Assembly: GCA_031373875.1 (NCBI GenBank)
Contig: JANMNK010000437.1
Span: 1 to 37,822 of the forward strand
DNA: 37,822 bases
Source: Pirellulaceae bacterium
Lineage (GTDB): Bacteria > Planctomycetota > Planctomycetia > Pirellulales > Pirellulaceae
Reading direction: 5' to 3'
Both the position numbers and the translations under genes were made by a program. Of the stretch, positions 35,665-37,822 are shown one piece after another (position 1 is the first letter of the stretch; each line of letters opens with the position of its first letter). The notes beneath the pieces were generated by a model, which saw only the letters and a program-made list of their open reading frames with translations, made no database searches and was not told the origin of the DNA.

Positions 35665-37822
35665 CTACCATCCGAGGCCGGTCGTAGCTTGAGAAACAAC
35701 AAATGCTCCGATATAAGCCAATGTGGTCATGTAGACAAATGTAAAGATCGGCCATCGCCATGAGTTGGTTTCTCGGCGAATCACCATAAGCGTCGCACCG
35801 CATTGCGCGCACAAGGCAAAGAAAACCATAATCGACAACGCGACTGGCAGCGTATAAACTGGGCGGCCATCGGGCCATTTTGCTGCCACCAAAGCTCCGG
35901 TCAAAGGGCTTTCACCGTCGTTCGACTCAGCCGCTTCGGCTCCCAAACTGTAAATGGTGCCAAGCGTTGCGACGACGACTTCACGGGCGGGGAAGGATGC
36001 GATCACACCAACTCCGATGCGCCAATCCCAACCCAGTGGCCGAACAGTCGGCTCTATCCACTTGCCAGCTCTTCCCAAAAAACTAGATTCAATCAACCGT
36101 GATCGCTCGTTATTCAATTGCGTCACAAGCTTCGCCGAACGCGACCGAAGTTCGTCAACCGATGCCGATGAGCCTTGGAGACTCGGCGTCGCCATTTGAT
36201 CGATCTGCTTTTGTATCGCCTCGTTTTGGCGAGTCAGATCGTTCAGGTGGGAATGATCGCTTGGGAAATAACCAGCAGCCCAAATCAGAATTGTAGTGCA
36301 CAAGATCAAAGTACCGGCGCTTTGCAAAAACGCCCAAGCGCGTTCCCAGACGCGATGAAGAATGACTCGAAGTGACGGCCATTTGTAGGTCGGCAATTCC
36401 ATGACGAATGGCGCGATCTCTCCAGGAAAAAACCACTTCTTCAAAATCGCTGCGACAGGAATCGCAACAACGGCTCCCAGCATGTGCATGCCAAACAGCA
36501 CCATGGTCTGAAGTCCGAGCCAGCCACCTAGAAATGACTTATTCGGAACAAACGCCGAGACAAGCAAAAAGTATACGGGCAATCGTGCCGAACAACTCAT
36601 AAGCGGCGCGATCAGAATCGTGACCATTCGGTCCCGCCAGTTCTCAATAACGCGTGTCGCCATGATCCCCGGAACTGCGCAAGCGAACGATGACATGAGT
36701 GGCAAAAAGGATTTACCGCTCAAGCCCACTTTCGTCATGATCTTGTCCATCACGAAAGCTGCACGCGCCATATATCCGCAATCTTCCATGATGGCGATAA
36801 AACCAAACAGCAACATGATTTGCGGCAAGAACACGAGAACAGCTCCCAATCCTGCAAAAACTCCGTCGACCAGTAGGCTGCGTAAAGCACCAGGCGGCAT
36901 CACGCCTTCGACCGAAGATACGGCTGCGTTCAGGACGAATTCGATTGCAACCTTCATGGGTTCGTACCACGAATAGATCGCTTGAAAAATGAGCAGCATC
37001 AAGACCGTGAAGATTACCAGACCGAAAACGCGATGCGTGAGCACACGATCAAGCCGGTCGGAAAACGACAATCCGTCTTTCTCATTCCGCTGCACCAAAC
37101 CGTGTAATTGTTTGCGTATCCAGGCGTAACGGACACGAGTTTCTATGGCGGGAACTTTGCAATTTTGTTCGGCCAGCATTTGGCGAGCGTCGTGCAAGAC
37201 ATTTTGAAAAGAGGCTCCGTAGTGCGAAACGAACTCTTTTTCAAACGAGCCGCCTACATCGAGCAAGGCGCGGCGAATGATGTAATCGGGTACATGCGCT
37301 TTGCCGCTTTGTTCCAACGCAGTCCGAATGATCTTGCTTTGTTCTAAAAAAGCTGGCGGGAACAATTCGAGTTTGTCGGGACGAGGTGATTCGACTAGTC
37401 GCCTCACGGCAACTTTTAATTCGTCGATCCCCAGCCGCTTGTTTGCCGATGTCGTCACGATAGGGACGTCGATTTGTTTTCGGACCGCTTCGAGATCGAT
37501 TTCCATTCCCTGTTGCTCGACACGATCCCACATGTTCAAGACCAGTATCATCGGCAATTGCATGTCGCGAATCTGGCTGAACAAGTACAGATTGCGTTCG
37601 AGATTCGTGGCGTCGACAATCACAACGACGCCAGCTAATTTGGGAACGTCAGCCTGTACGCCCAGCAACACTTCAACGGAAACTTGTTCGTCGATAGAAC
37701 GGGCCGAAAGGCTGTAAGTGCCCGGCAAATCGATAATGGAAATTTCACCCGACGAATCGACCAGTTTGCCGATCTTCTTTTCGACGGTAACGCCCGGGAA
37801 ATTTCCTATTCTTGTATTCATA
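35665..37822 (-). CDS. feoB: Ferrous iron transporter FeoB (N-terminal ~35 aa outside window)
   Basis: G-domain motifs (I)GNFPGVTVEKKIG, IIDLPGTYSL and LNMWD. The polytopic permease domain carries gate-motif-like segments. The ATG at 37821 is probably an internal Met, because the G1 P-loop is missing. Confidence 0.92.
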   Translation of the reverse strand, partial: MNTRIGNFPGVTVEKKIGKLVDSSGEISIIDLPGTYSLSARSIDEQVSVEVLLGVQADVPKLAGVVVIVDATNLERNLYLFSQIRDMQLPMILVLNMWDRVEQQGMEIDLEAVRKQIDVPIVTTSANKRLGIDELKVAVRRLVESPRPDKLELFPPAFLEQSKIIRTALEQSGKAHVPDYIIRRALLDVGGSFEKEFVSHYGASFQNVLHDARQMLAEQNCKVPAIETRVRYAWIRKQLHGLVQRNEKDGLSFSDRLDRVLTHRVFGLVIFTVLMLLIFQAIYSWYEPMKVAIEFVLNAAVSSVEGVMPPGALRSLLVDGVFAGLGAVLVFLPQIMLLFGFIAIMEDCGYMARAAFVMDKIMTKVGLSGKSFLPLMSSFACAVPGIMATRVIENWRDRMVTILIAPLMSCSARLPVYFLLVSAFVPNKSFLGGWLGLQTMVLFGMHMLGAVVAIPVAAILKKWFFPGEIAPFVMELPTYKWPSLRVILHRVWERAWAFLQSAGTLILCTTILIWAAGYFPSDHSHLNDLTRQNEAIQKQIDQMATPSLQGSSASVDELRSRSAKLVTQLNNERSRLIESSFLGRAGKWIEPTVRPLGWDWRIGVGVIASFPAREVVVATLGTIYSLGAEAAESNDGESPLTGALVAAKWPDGRPVYTLPVALSIMVFFALCAQCGATLMVIRRETNSWRWPIFTFVYMTTLAYIGAFVVSQATTGLGW

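Noticed and set aside
1-37822. Looked by eye for tRNA/rRNA-like sequences, CRISPR-style repeat-spacer periodicity, IS terminal inverted repeats, integrase or transposase ORFs, and toxin-antitoxin or defence-gene signatures.
   Set aside because: None were seen. Intergenic regions (1690-2008, 3182-3485, 10383-10624, 14189-14578, 31808-32159, 34425-34745) show no recognisable RNA-gene or riboswitch motifs. A covariance-model scan (Infernal/Rfam, tRNAscan) would be needed to exclude small RNAs.

Overview
This window reads as a core chromosomal segment of a Planctomycetota (Pirellulales-like) genome. That inference rests on gene content: DUF1080, a 'WPQWRGP' PQQ-type beta-propeller, a BatA-N/DUF4159 cluster and a GspG-like protein. 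GC is moderate by eye. About 30 protein-coding genes lie on both strands. I saw no rRNA, tRNA, CRISPR array, transposase or integrase.

Confident calls from motifs:
- ABC ATPase
- class-C-type serine hydrolase
- NrnA-type DHH/DHHA1 phosphoesterase
- Lgt
- COG1964-type radical SAM enzyme
- MoxR AAA+ ATPase
- DUF58, BatA-N/VWA and DUF4159 proteins
- a 4xCxxCH cytochrome lipoprotein
- a thioredoxin-fold protein
- a DHDPS-family lyase
- DUF3052
- a GT-C-like membrane protein
- FeoB (partial) with its small Cys-rich partner

The most system-like element is a tight 12.4 kb, eight-gene co-directional cluster at 14579-26961. It is a Bat/MoxR-VWA type envelope module of still unresolved function. Here it is extended by three Cys/haem redox proteins.

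Two ORF anomalies stand out:
- An in-frame TAA at 18538 cuts a BatA-like protein off from what looks like its own C-terminal membrane anchor.
- The conserved DUF3052 N-terminal motif is encoded upstream of any start codon, in the +1 frame of the preceding ORF (about 30395-30421).

Nothing here looks like a canonical mobile or defence island. All assignments come from reading motifs in the supplied translations; no searches were run.
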